The notes below the pieces were generated by a model. That model was given only the letters and a program-made list of their open reading frames with translations, was not told where the DNA came from and made no database searches. Made by a program: the position numbers and the translations under genes. This document shows positions 52,267 through 64,000 of a stretch of 64,000 nt of DNA, one piece after another; position 1 is the stretch's first letter; each line of letters begins with the position of its first letter. The stretch comes from Vicugna vicugna (taxonomy: Eukaryota): NCBI GenBank assembly GCA_013265495.1, contig MU058065.1, positions 2,891,003-2,955,002 on the forward strand, written 5' to 3'.

Positions 52267-55200
52267 AACCAAGTGTTAACCCTGTAGTGGCCAGGTCTTG
52301 AGATATTCTGAGATGTCCCAAAGGAGGTGGCCATGGGGAGAAGGATAGAGATGGTCAAAGAGTACCCACTAGGCTCAGAAGAGTAGTTACTAACCAGCTA
52401 GCAGAGAATAGTTCAACACTTTAACTGGTCTGTTCCTACTGATGAAGTCCAGCTAAACATAAGCCCTGGCCCTCGTATTTATGTAAGTGCTTTGTTGGGG
52501 TAGCAGAAACTGGGCAAGGAATCAGAGGCCTTCAACATCAGGCAATTCTTGAGAAAGATAACAAACTTGCCCCGTGAAGTGTTCAACAGAAATTTATAGG
52601 GAAAAAAAGCACTAAACTTTAAAGCCCAGAATAGGTAAAAATAAGAACATTATAAATCACTAATAGTTATTAAACCAGAAAGTTTTAGCTACTAATTTTT
52701 TTCACATTAGACTCCTATGTCAGGCATGCAACAAACTACAGGTGAAAATTCTTGTTTTTATGGGGTCTTTCTGCTTGCCGTCCCTGCTGCACCATTCCAG
52801 GTTGTCTGATACATTGCCAAAGGTGATGAAACAGCTTGTTTCAACTACTGTGCTACCAACCGTGGTCAGGTACAGAGTAGGGGCTTTCTCTAGTTAACCT
52901 CATTTAAACCCCTGTATGTGCAAAGCCCCTCAGGTCAGCCACATCTCTCACTTCTTTCCAGGATCCCCTAGAGAGGACCTACAGAGTTCAAGACTTGCAT
53001 AGTGCAGTTTGACAACCAGCAATCTAAAAAAAAAAAAAAAAAAGCATTTAGCTAAAAGGCAAATACCACCAATTAATGACCCTGAAGATGCTGGGTGACA
53101 AGATTTAATTTCTTGCCTCAGTTTTTCCTATAACCTAACCTAATGATGCCTCGTTGAAGCACTCTGAGGCTGTCATCTCTACCTTCTTTGAGGCTCTTCA
53201 GATGCAGTCAAAACGGAACACCAGTTCAGCCATGCACCTGTCATGTGACCTTGGACACGCCACTCTCCATCTGTGGCTTGGTGATTAGTGACGCCCTCCT
53301 CGCAGGACAGCTCCTGGGCTAAAGGAAGATCATGTGAGCGCAACGTAAGCAGAGATCCTAGGGCCTAGCAAAGTCTCGACAAAGATAAGTACTGCTAGTA
53401 TAAACCAAATCTTGTACGTTTTTAAACCACTGACTAACAGGAAATGACTCTCAACATTGAGATTCTGACGTTTATAGTCTATAGAGTAGCAATGCCTTCC
53501 GTTCCCCTCAGACATTTACTATCATGAGACAAGACTATTATTGGAACTAGTATGAATGCTCAGATTTTTGCCTCCAGTTTGCTATTTATCCTTAAAGCTT
53601 TCTCGGCACCAGAGAAGAGCAAGTCTTTTCGCTTCGTTTCATCATCCACATCTGACAATTTTAGAGAGATGAATTAAATTTAAAAGGAGATAGTAAATTA
53701 ATTTACAAGGCTCTCAAAACTATGAAGATGCAGTCACAAATATGGAAACGCTTTTTTAAACCCTGAGTTAAAAAGTACCCTTTCCAGTATTTATGAAAAA
53801 AGACTTAGTAAGCAAATTAGCAACATAGACAAGATTTCAAAGAAAAAGTTTTCACTTTAAAAGATTTCTAAGAGTTTTTTTTAAAGTAACAGCATAACCT
53901 AAGTGCTAACCACACTTTGTTGTTCGTCTTTTTACCAGAGCAGGCCCAGAAAATGTTACTTTTGATACGTTTTAGCCATTTTTAATATGAGGACTGAGAG
54001 TAATAAAACTGCATTGGGAAGTGTTTGTGGCGCAGGGGAACATTCATGGATGGGTTTTGTGATAATAAGATACAGATTCAAATCTGGATTCAAGAACCCA
54101 TTAGCTTTTTAAGTTCTCAGATCCCTAGTTTTCTCATCTGTAAAATCAAAATAATGCTTCATATGAGAATTATTATAAGAAATTAAAGTATGTCAAAACT
54201 CCCAACATTTCCTTATTCAAAAAATAACACTTTCAAAACATGTCTAATCAATCCAATTTTTTCATACCGATTATACTAATGAAAATTTTTATTTTATACA
54301 GTTAAGAGTACGACACATGATGATATGGGCAATTTCTTCTATTAAAACCTTGGGAAAATATAAATATATTTGAAAAATATATTCTATTGAGATATTTTGG
54401 GCCCCAGTTAGTTACTTTAACTTCTCTTTAAAAAAAAAAGTTCCAAATTTGATCTAAAAACATAGTTCCCCTGATAACTATAAACATTGGAGCCCAATCT
54501 ATATTTCTTGTGGAAGAAAAATCTCTCTAACACCCCCGTCTACAGAAAGTCTGAAAAATTCAGGCCAATATTGCTTCACAGTATTCCTTTTTCCCATTCC
54601 TTTACATAAATCCAGTAAGATCTCAGAGAAGGTAATCAAATATAAAAAATAATATTCATCATTATAAAGATTTACATTTTTAAACATTCTGTTATCCAAT
54701 TTCAGGAACTTGGCTTCTTTTGAACACTTTGAGCCTGTTTCAAAGACATGGTGAAAATATCTAAGGCATCTGTGTAGCTGCCAGTTTCAAATCCTCACAC
54801 AATGATAAGACAATGGAAATTTTAAATAAACCAAATGGTTTTCTTGGCCAAAGTCATGTGAAAAATGTGTTTAATGCAATTGACCAAGGTGGTTTTAGTT
54901 TTATCTAAACGTTCTCAGAGGACTGAAATGGGAACTGGGTGTTGACAATTTGCCCAGCAGGATTTTTACGGGTGCGGTGTCACCGGCAGGCACACTGGCA
55001 CTCGGCAGCCTAGTTAGCATAATTCTAATCTGCATGTCCCACGAGGCAGTCCTTCCAGTCAAGGGTGGAGTCAAAGAAGTCAGCAGACCAAAGTCAAAGC
55101 CAGATGGAAAATCACAGACTCAACAACACAAACGTCCATTTTCTCAAGAATAAAAATGTGCTGGGGCACAAACAACCTCGCGTTCTCACTTTTTCTGAAA

Positions 55201-56199
55201 TGTGCAGCAGGTGCTATCCCAGGAGGTGGGAATGGGGAGTCACCTTGGATCAGACTACCTCCGCTTCAGGACGTTCACCAGAAATAGTCCTTTACAAATA
55301 AATTTTGAAGCAAGTGCCTTTCAGCTGTTCTGGGGGAACATTCAGGAGTGACATTGGGTTTTGCAGTGCCTTGGGCTCAAATCTTATTGGTGATCAAAAT
55401 GGCTGTGTCGCTCCTAATTAACCAGTTTGAAACTATCAGTTTATTCTGGGTCTAAAGATCCTTCCATGAGATAAGGAAATGGTTCCAGACATCTCCCTTT
55501 TAGGTTCAAGGTTCTAGGCTCAGCCAATTGAGATTGGGGCCGTTCGTAAGAAAATGAAACCACCAAATAAGAAACTTCCCAGAAGTAGGAATGTAGAGTC
55601 TAGTTGGGTGGCCTGGGTTAAATACGAAAGCCCCAGTACTGAGAACATCTCGTGGCTGATGACATCATAGGACCTCTCCTAACTAGTCACTGTGGCAACC
55701 TGAGCGTGGCCTCAAGGTCAGCGTAAGACCTCTAGAGGCCTTAAATACCGGGAAGAACATGTTTCCACACAGTCACCATTCATGCCCTGAATGTCATTCA
55801 AAGCAATAATTACCCTAAGCCATAAAATAAGAGTAAGACGGTCCAAGAGTTTAAAACTAGCCAATAATGCTTATTTCTGCTTCTACTGCAATATCAAATT
55901 TTTCAAAAGAAACTTTTACCTCAATTCTTGTGCACTGCTATAGTCTGGATTTTGAGTTTTCCAGCCCTGCCTTGAGGGAAATGGCCAACTGTTTGGGAAC
56001 TCAAAGATCTATAGCCTTGGGACACTGAGCCTATTTTTGCCTAGAGAATCCAGAGCTAAGTGGACACTCAGTGAGCAGGAGTCCTCTCACGTATGGTGTG
56101 TTTCATAACCAAAGTACTTCCTGGATCCCTCAGGCTTGCACTGGGTCATCACATATCCTGTTTCCAACAACACCACAGAGACAGAGAGGACAGGGCTAT

Positions 56200-57060
56200 G
56201 GCAATATTCCAATTGTAGGCTGAAACTAGGGCAATGGAATGAAAAGAAATCATTGGACAGAGAAATACTGTGAATAGAAAATCATGAGAAGTTTAGGGTA
56301 GACAGGGGTTGTAGAGGAGGGGCACAGTAAGAAGGGAGGAAGAATTTTTCATCTGGGTTACAGGGATAATGGTAATGCTACTCAGCAAAATGGAAATTAT
56401 AAGTGGAGGTAAAGGAGAGAGTTAAGATGGGAGGATAAAGAGAGACATGGTGATTTGGGTTTATGGCAGGTTGAACTTGCTGACTGTCTCTCCATGAAGA
56501 TCTGGCTGTGCCCAGGGGGAGGGGACATCCAGATCCCAGCTGTGAATCTAGAACTTATGAGAAGGAAGGCTGGGAGTTATGCAGATGGTAGAAGGTAAGG
56601 GGTGTATGGGAAGACCCTGTGTGTAAAAAGACTCCAGTGTAGTGGAAGCCCTAACAGAAGTGCGACCTTGAGGAAGGAGGAGGAGGAACCAAAGTGCAGG
56701 TGGAGGAGCTGCCCTGAGAGAAAAAGGAGAAGTTCTTTCTCTGAGGTGGAAGAGGAAGCAGAGAAGATGGACCAAGATGGCCATGTGAAGAGAAGAAAGA
56801 GTTAAAGAAGTTCCCATCAGACAGCTTGCCCTTCCCACAAAGTAGAAAATGATGTCATTGCTGAGCATGGTAGACTAAAGGCAAATGAGAGGCTCAAAGA
56901 GAAAGAAGAAGAAGAGGAGGAAGAGGAAGGGGAAGGAAAAGGAGAAGGAGGAGAAGAAAAAGAAGGAGAAAAGGGAGGAGGAGGAGATGTTTAAGAACCC
57001 AGTGAGTTCAAGGCAGAAAGAGGAGTAAAACCCTGGTATGACAAGGAGAGGACAAGGGTC
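56200..57060 (-). mobile_element. Decayed L2 fragment(s) with GA-rich low-complexity stretch at about 56895-56990
   Basis: GA-rich strand with gagttatgcagatggta, aggaggaggaggaaccaaag, caagatggccatgtgaag typical of antisense L2. Confidence 0.5.
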
Positions 57061-57384
57061 TCCAGAAGACAGAAAAACAAACATTAATGAAAATCTTGGG
57101 CAGAAAATTAACCAATTGCTTATATTGGAAGTTATCTTCAAGTATTTTGGATAAAGAACAGAAAAATAATTCTCAGATAACTACGCACAACCTAAAAACT
57201 GACATTTTTTTTTTCAGGAATGGGATCTGTCCTATTTCAAATATATCAGAGACAGCCTTTTCAGAGATTACAAATATGTTGTGACCTAGATCTTTTTTAC
57301 CTAGGAGAAAAAACAAGGCCCCCAAACCAAACGAAGACAAGAGAATAATTAGGTATTCAAAAAAATTCTGTTTAAATAAGATTA

Positions 57385-57900
57385 CTTTTCTTCTTTTTTC
57401 AGTTTTATCGAAGTATAATTGACATGTAACATTGTGTCAGTTTAAGGCCTACAGACATGTTGATTTGATAAACTTACATACTACAAAATGATAGCCACCA
57501 CAGTGTTAACTAATGCCTGCATCATGGCGCATAATGACCATTTTTTTTTGAAGAGAACATTTAAGATTTACTCCCTTAGCAACTTTCAAGTATGTAATAC
57601 AGTATTATTAACTATAATCACCATGGGGTATATTAGATCTCGAGAACTTATTCATCTTATAACTGAGAGTTTCTGCTCTCTGACCAACATCTCCCCTTTT
57701 CCCCAACCTCTAGGCACTGGTAACCACCATTATAGTCTCTGTGTCTATGAATTCAGCTTTTTTGGAGTCCACATATAACTGATATCATAGAGTATTTGTC
57801 TTTCTCTGACTTTCTTCACTTAGCATAATGCCCTTAATGTCTATCAATGTGGTTGCAAATAGCAAGGATGTCCTTTTTTCTCATGAATGAATAATATTCA
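57385..57900 (-). mobile_element. L1MA-like 3' end
   Basis: gagaacatttaagatttactcccttagcaactttcaagtatgtaatacagtatt...tggtaaccaccatt. Confidence 0.88.
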
Positions 57901-60900
57901 TACATATTTTTTCTACTGGTTCTGTTTCTCTAGAGAATCCTGACTAACACATAATATATATTTACATTTTAATACTATATATTTATATACTACATATTTA
58001 TATGTACAAAATAAACTGCATTTTTAGTGTCTTTGAAGAGTATTTTTGGTCATCAGAATGTGATGCTCTCTTTAAGTTTACTGTGTATTTTTCCTTCCAA
58101 AAAAAAATTAATCTTGAAAAAAGGGGATTGAAAAAGACTAACCATGAACCTGGAGTTCATTTCCTACTTCGTGTTTCTCCAAAGTCCGCCTTCAGCTCTG
58201 GTAGTGTATGCCGATCCCTGATCAGCCCTAACACCAGGAATACATGGGTGCAGCTCTTACTAGCTTTCTCACCTCTAATGAGATGGTAAGAGTTCCCAGA
58301 AGTGCAATTCAGCAAAAGGAACTGGGTCTGCCAGAGGACGTGTGAAGCCCGGAAGTAAGTTTCATAGTGCCCATTTAGCAGGAAAATCATTCTGTAGACT
58401 AATGCTATCCCTCATTTTTAAGCCAGATACATTTTAGGATCCTCTCAAGGCAATATTTTACAATTTTCGTAACACAAAAATTTGTTTCAAGTATACTTCT
58501 TTCTTGCTTTTAACTTAGGGTGCCTAACTAAAGACTTCATCTCTCTGTGTCTTTCCCCATCAGCAAAATATGGAGACACTAGGGAAAGTGACCTGGGTAG
58601 TCTCTTCTCATGCTGATGTCCTACTATTAAAAGGTAATGTCAAAAGAGCATCTCTTTAAGAAGTGGATCATTGTCGTTTTGTTATCCACTTAGAGCCTGC
58701 TTTCCTTTTTCTGTGAAACCAAGATGTCTGGTGATGCCTCCAGGTGTTATGATATCTATATAAGATTGCATCAAAGTCTCCATTCCAAACTCTGTTCATA
58801 TCCTAACCCATCTTCCGTAATTTCTGCAGACTCTGGGGAGAGGTTTTGCTCTCATGAGAACTGCTGGCTCTAGCCTTGGTTTGCTCAGTTGATGAATCAA
58901 CTTGCCATTTCGTATCTGCCCTCCACGGATCCATATATGAAACTCAGTTCTTTCCTCCATTTCCTCAATTCCTAAAGGAAAATGGGGGTGACTTTACTAC
59001 AGATTTAAAAGCAATAAAAGAGTATAAACAGAAATATAAACAATCCATGGGAAAATGAGGCCTCCTCACTCTCAGCTTGGAAGGTCACCTGCCTTTGGGC
59101 ATCTCCACTGGCCAGTTCACCCCTGTGGGACCCAGTCTCATGCTGAGTCTCACTCTGTTCTTTCCTCTGAGAACAGAACAGTTTTTATGTTCTTGTTCTG
59201 AGCACTTTAACTGTCTCTTTTACTGTTTCGGCTCTGTTTTGTTAACCTCAGGCTCTTTCTCACCTGCTATCCCCAATGTCTTAGCAGACAGAAAACAAAG
59301 ACAGTTTTCTCCCTAAGAAGAAGTCAAGTGCCAACTGCTAAGAGAATACGGTTTTCACACAAATGCTCCCCACGCACACAGTGGTAATGGCAACCATGCT
59401 GCTATATTAAGACCTGTCATATTTCCATAGCTCCCTCACACATTTCAAGAAGCTCTCGCTGTCTGGTTCACAAAAGGCCCCTGGCCAGATGCTCAGCATC
59501 AAAGACAGAAGGGCCTTCAAAGTTCTCACAAGCCTGAAAAGAGCGATGCTCCCCTGCATGGAAAATAGCACTGGTCTTCAACAGCACAGACCTTCCCAAC
59601 TGGCGAGTCACAGCTTACTCCTGGGCTGGGAGACCTTGGGTGGCGGAATGTTGTGGGATATTTACAAATCAAAGCCCACATTTACAATCAGTCAAAACTC
59701 CCCAAAATTGAACTTATTTCTGAAAATCATCTGTATGGCTCTTTCCACATTTCTAAAGTCAGTGACCATTGTTTTGGTGCATACAGGGGCTGCACTATGT
59801 TGTATCTCCCCTTGATCATCCTGGCAAGTCAGCCCAATTAAACTGGTTATTATTTTAGTCATTCATTTATCACCAATGATGAGTTTCATTTTAGGAATGC
59901 ATGGGGTAATTTTTATAAAATTTATCTTGTTTCCCACAAACTTTTCACAAATAAAGGAGCCATATGTGATTTTTGTTCTTGTTGCTGTTAACTAGGATTA
60001 CATGTTCCCGCATAAAGTATAATTGATTTTATTTTTTAATTGTTTTTTCTTGACTTTTTAATAACTTACATTGGCTTGTGATTCAACAATTAGCTCAACT
60101 CTGATTCTTGACAGAATTTTATAATAAGCATTTTCTAGATATATAAATAATGCTGACTTCCTAAAATAAATAACATTTAACATAATTTTGATAAATAGAT
60201 TTTAAGGGTTATTATAGGCATCTACAGCTTCAGAATATCAATGTCAAAATAATTTGGACATAACATGAATATATGCAAATGTGATATCTTGCGAAATTTT
60301 AGAATGTTGATCATAGAATTAAGTGAAAACTTATATTTCAATACTTGCCATTTTGCTTACATAGTCTTTGTTTTTCAATTTTTTGACTCAATTTAATTTT
60401 CAATGTTCTTAAAAATGCAGTCAAACTAAAAACTTTTTTGAAAGCCAATTTTTCTGAAACCAAAGAAGGGCTATAATCCTCTTAAGTATCTTGCATTTAA
60501 GTAGATTTAAATTTTTCTGACATTTATTTCCTCATCATAGTGGACAAGACTTTGATTAAAGCCAGAAGGCCATCAAACTCACAAAACAAACATAGAAGTC
60601 CAAAATATGTGTGAAGCCCTATTTAAGCAATCTACTGAGGATTTATCTCAAATTTGAATTTGTGAGACCCGAGCCTTCGCCGCCTCGGCTCAAATGACTT
60701 GTTTTCATGCTCAAATTAACAAGAGATGCAACAGTGCCAAGGAAACAGAGCCCAGCCCCTTGCAAAATCATCCATCTCATAGAGAAAAGGACTTGAACAT
60801 TTCTCAGTATCTCCAGGGGCAGAGAAAAGAGCAAAGCTCACTTGTGAAATCAGTCACAGCCATACCAGACAGTTCGAGAAGCTACTAGTTATAGCGTCTC

Positions 60901-62263
60901 ACAGGGAACAGCTAAGGCCCAAACCCCGTGTAATGCCCATCCCTCATTTAAGTAGCCAATCTGAAAACCCTCAGCGTGTCCGGGAAGTAACTGTAAGAGC
61001 GAGCTCACTGACATTGTATCACGTGGCATAGAGAGAACTCTAATCTCAATTAGGATTAAATGCAAAGAATTTCACTACTGAATGATTGGATTTCCAGGTG
61101 TTCGTGGCTTGGGGACTCAGGACAGAAAACAGTTTGAGCTGGACTGAGGTTTTAAAGAATTGAAAGTGAGTTGGAAGCTACAAAACCATCTAGGATGTCA
61201 TTTAGGAGCCCTTCACCCAGCGGAGAGGGCACATCGACATAGCACAGGCACCGATCGAAGGTAAAATGAACGATGTCAGTCTTTTGTCCCACCATTTGAG
61301 ACTGTTCAGTAGGCTGATTCTATAAATAAAGCAGTGGTGACAGGGTGACAGCAGTAAATACTGTGTGTATGTCCTATGAGGAGTGAAAGAGACGATGTCT
61401 AGCCAGTGCCTGACATACAGTAAATAAAAGAAAGGGGGTGGTAGGAGGAAGAGCAGGACTGAAGGGAGGAGAAGAATAAGAAGGGCTGGACACAGTGAAA
61501 ATGATGGTCTAGGTTTCTGTTCCATCAGTGGTGTCCTGGGGATATGCATTGCTCTGTAGCATGGTTCATGTCTGCTAAAGCAGACAGGAATCACTGCCTT
61601 CTTGAAGGACGCCTGGGGCGTGGTAGCTGCTCAGAGGCTATTACTGAACAGGTGGCAAATGACAGTCCAGACACGCTCGGCCATGCCCAGCGGTTCACAG
61701 CCGTGTAACCGGCATTGCCAGAAGATCTCATTTCCTGGGCGCCGACTGCCGCACACACTCCTGTCAACCGAGACCAGCTCTGATGAGACACTCTTGCAAA
61801 TATCAGCTCTGCCTCTTTAAACCTCCCTGGCCTTTTAAAGTCCTTGGCTAACTGCCACTTTATCCATGAGAGAACAGGAGCGAAATGTATCCTCCAGTAG
61901 TTTTAGAAGAGGCTGGGAGAGGTTTCTGGCTAGCTGTAGCGCTCAGTAACTTCTGTTACCAGTGACTTTCCTGCCAGACGTGCTGTGAGTAATGGGCTAC
62001 AGCAGCATCCGTTTCATTACTCAGCCTGAGGATGCCCAGAAGTACCAGGAGGTCTCTTAGTCTCCAGCCAGCTGCCCTTTCCTTCCCAAAATCCACTTTG
62101 CAGACACGGAGGCAAGGCCTCCAGCTCTCTAAGCTTGATCTGTCCTGGATGGCAGTTGGGAGGAGAGCCTTGTGGCAGGCTGGACTGGTGGTTAGGGGCG
62201 GGGGGGTGGGGCCTAGATTCAAATAATGTCTCCACTGCTTGTGAACTGAGTGACTTTGGGCAG

Positions 62264-62644
62264 TGCCATGGACTGAACTGGGTCCCCTCAAAAGTCTTTA
62301 TGTTGGAGCCTCATCCCCACCCATGTGACTGTACTTGGAAACAGGGCCTTTAAAGTGGTAATTGAGGTTAAATGAAGTCATAAGAAAGGGGTCCTAACCC
62401 AATGAGAATTGTGTTCTTATAAGAAGGGGAGGAGACACCAGAGATGGGGGCGCACAGAGAAAAGGCCATGTGAGGACACAGAGGGTAATCATCTTCAAAC
62501 CAAGGAGCCTCAGGAGAAACCAAACCTGCGACACCTTGCTCTTCAACTTCCAGCCTCCAAAACTGGGAGAAAATTAATTTCTGCTGTTGAAGCCCCCTCA
62601 GACTGTGGGGGTTTTTGTTATGGAAGCCTCAGCAGATGAATACA
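62264..62644 (+). mobile_element. MLT1B-like solo LTR nested in a MIR
   Basis: TG...CA termini with exact 5-bp TSD ggcag (62259-62263 / 62645-62649); MIR continues on both sides (about 62185-62800). Confidence 0.9.
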
Positions 62645-63064
62645 GGCAGGTTTCTTAATCTCAGTCTCAGGTCCCCACTGTATGTGGAGATAATCATCAA
62701 CCCCACCTCAAAGGCTCATGTGAAGATGGAAGGAGACAACGCCTGTAAGATGCCGGGCCAGTGCCTGACACAGAGGAAGGGCTCCACACAGGTAAGGGAT
62801 TGCTTTTACTAGTACAACTCATCAATTTTTAAAACGCATAATATGAGGTCCCAAGAAGTTAAATCACAGCTCAAAAGCAGGTAGCTATTTGGCCAACCCG
62901 ATTTGGGAGCCAGGATCCTCAGGTCAACATTTAAGCGTGTGAAACTGTTGGCTGTGTCGTCATGATCTAATGTAAGCAGCTGCCTGCATTTCTCAGCCCT
63001 GACAGCAGTGTAGGGTAGTGGTTAGGGGCACAGCAGCAGGGCCGAAACTGAGCTCTGACCAAGG

Positions 63065-63400
63065 GCAAGGCACTCTTCCAGGTACTGGAGATCCAGAAGC
63101 AAACAAGGCAGACAAGGTCTCAGTTCTCATGGGGCAAAGTTCTGCCAGCAGGAGGCAGATGCTAACTAAGCATAACAGAATCATGATCATTTCAGAGAGG
63201 GCTGAGTGAGTGCCCGGAGGGTGAGGGGGGTGGCCTCTCCGAGGAAAAGTCCCTCCAGGGGAAACCTGAAAAATAAGAAGGAGCCTGACAGGACAAGATC
63301 TCGGGGAAGGGAGCTTAAGCTCAAGGGACAGGCTGTTCAAAGTAAGTCCTGGAAGCAGGATGAAGCTGAGGTGCTTCAGGAAGAGCGAGAAGGAATTGTG
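63065..63400 (-). mobile_element. L2 3' fragment
   Basis: aggcactcttccaggtactggagatccagaagcaaacaaggcagacaaggtctc. Confidence 0.6.
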
Positions 63401-63659
63401 ATGGTCAGCTTATCTTTGACACGCCTTCCTGCTCCTCTTCTTCTACCCAGAAGCCTGGCTTACTTACATGTTAATGTCCAAGAGGTGTTAATTATCATAG
63501 CGGAGAAAAAAAATCCATGCATCCTTTTCCAATTTAACTACACCCAAAGTAGGGCTGATTTCAAAGGGGAAAATCAAAAGGTAGTTGAAAGGGAAGGTGG
63601 TGGCAGAAACTGGCCGGCACTGAGCAGAGACGGAAGCCAAGCAACCGTTCATCAGAGCT

Positions 63660-64000
63660 AGGGAGGGCCTTGGAGATTACCTGCCTGATTTCAAAGACGA
63701 GGCTATGAGGGTTCAAGGATCCGATTAAAGGCACACGGTTAGGACAGTAGCAGAACCAGGACTAGAATACAGGCCTCGCAACTCTTAACCCAAACAAAAG
63801 GCTCATTTCCCCCATCCTGGTCAATACTTCCCTAAGCACCTGTGGGGTGAGAGGCAGGGATACGGTGAGTCTAGACAGAGGGTGGAGCCCATACTTCAGG
63901 GGTTTATGATAAAACCGAGGTTGAGAGGAACTAAGTAACTGCCCGCAGTTGCATGAGTAAAAAGTAGTAGAAGGTGCTTAAAACTACAGTCTGTCTGCTT
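63660..64000 (-). mobile_element. MIR fragments
   Basis: gtagcagaaccaggactagaatacagg and aaccgaggttgagagg..taagtaactgccc. Confidence 0.55.

Noticed and set aside
62993..63661. ORFs of 115 and 151 aa
   Set aside because: Overlap a decayed L2 fragment; no recognisable protein features.
1..64000. Prokaryote-type systems (CRISPR arrays, operons, defence islands) or a CpG-island promoter
   Set aside because: The sequence is mammalian repeat-rich DNA; I saw no regularly spaced direct-repeat array, gene-dense region or CpG island.

Overview
Mammalian non-coding genomic DNA: AT-rich, CpG-poor and dense in repeats. It is probably from a camelid, judged from a tRNA-derived Vic-1-like SINE at 35080-35172 and several lineage-type LINE-1 3' ends. 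No protein-coding gene can be supported: the long ORFs in the track are microsatellite artefacts or decayed L1/LTR sequence. The window is mostly MIR, L2, L1, HAL1-like, MaLR/ERVL/ERV1 solo LTRs and hAT MITEs, many nested and several with visible target-site duplications (TSDs). The standout structure is a gap-free 398-bp inverted repeat of sequence I do not recognise as a TE: 7256-7653 vs 9591-9988, 373/398 identical by manual alignment, with a 1937-bp spacer. It could fold into a long dsRNA. Candidate minus-strand non-coding exons lie in the spacer and in the left arm, and the left-arm splice sites coincide with arm-specific differences. TE family names come from pattern recognition of consensus motifs, not from a database search, and most TE boundaries are approximate.
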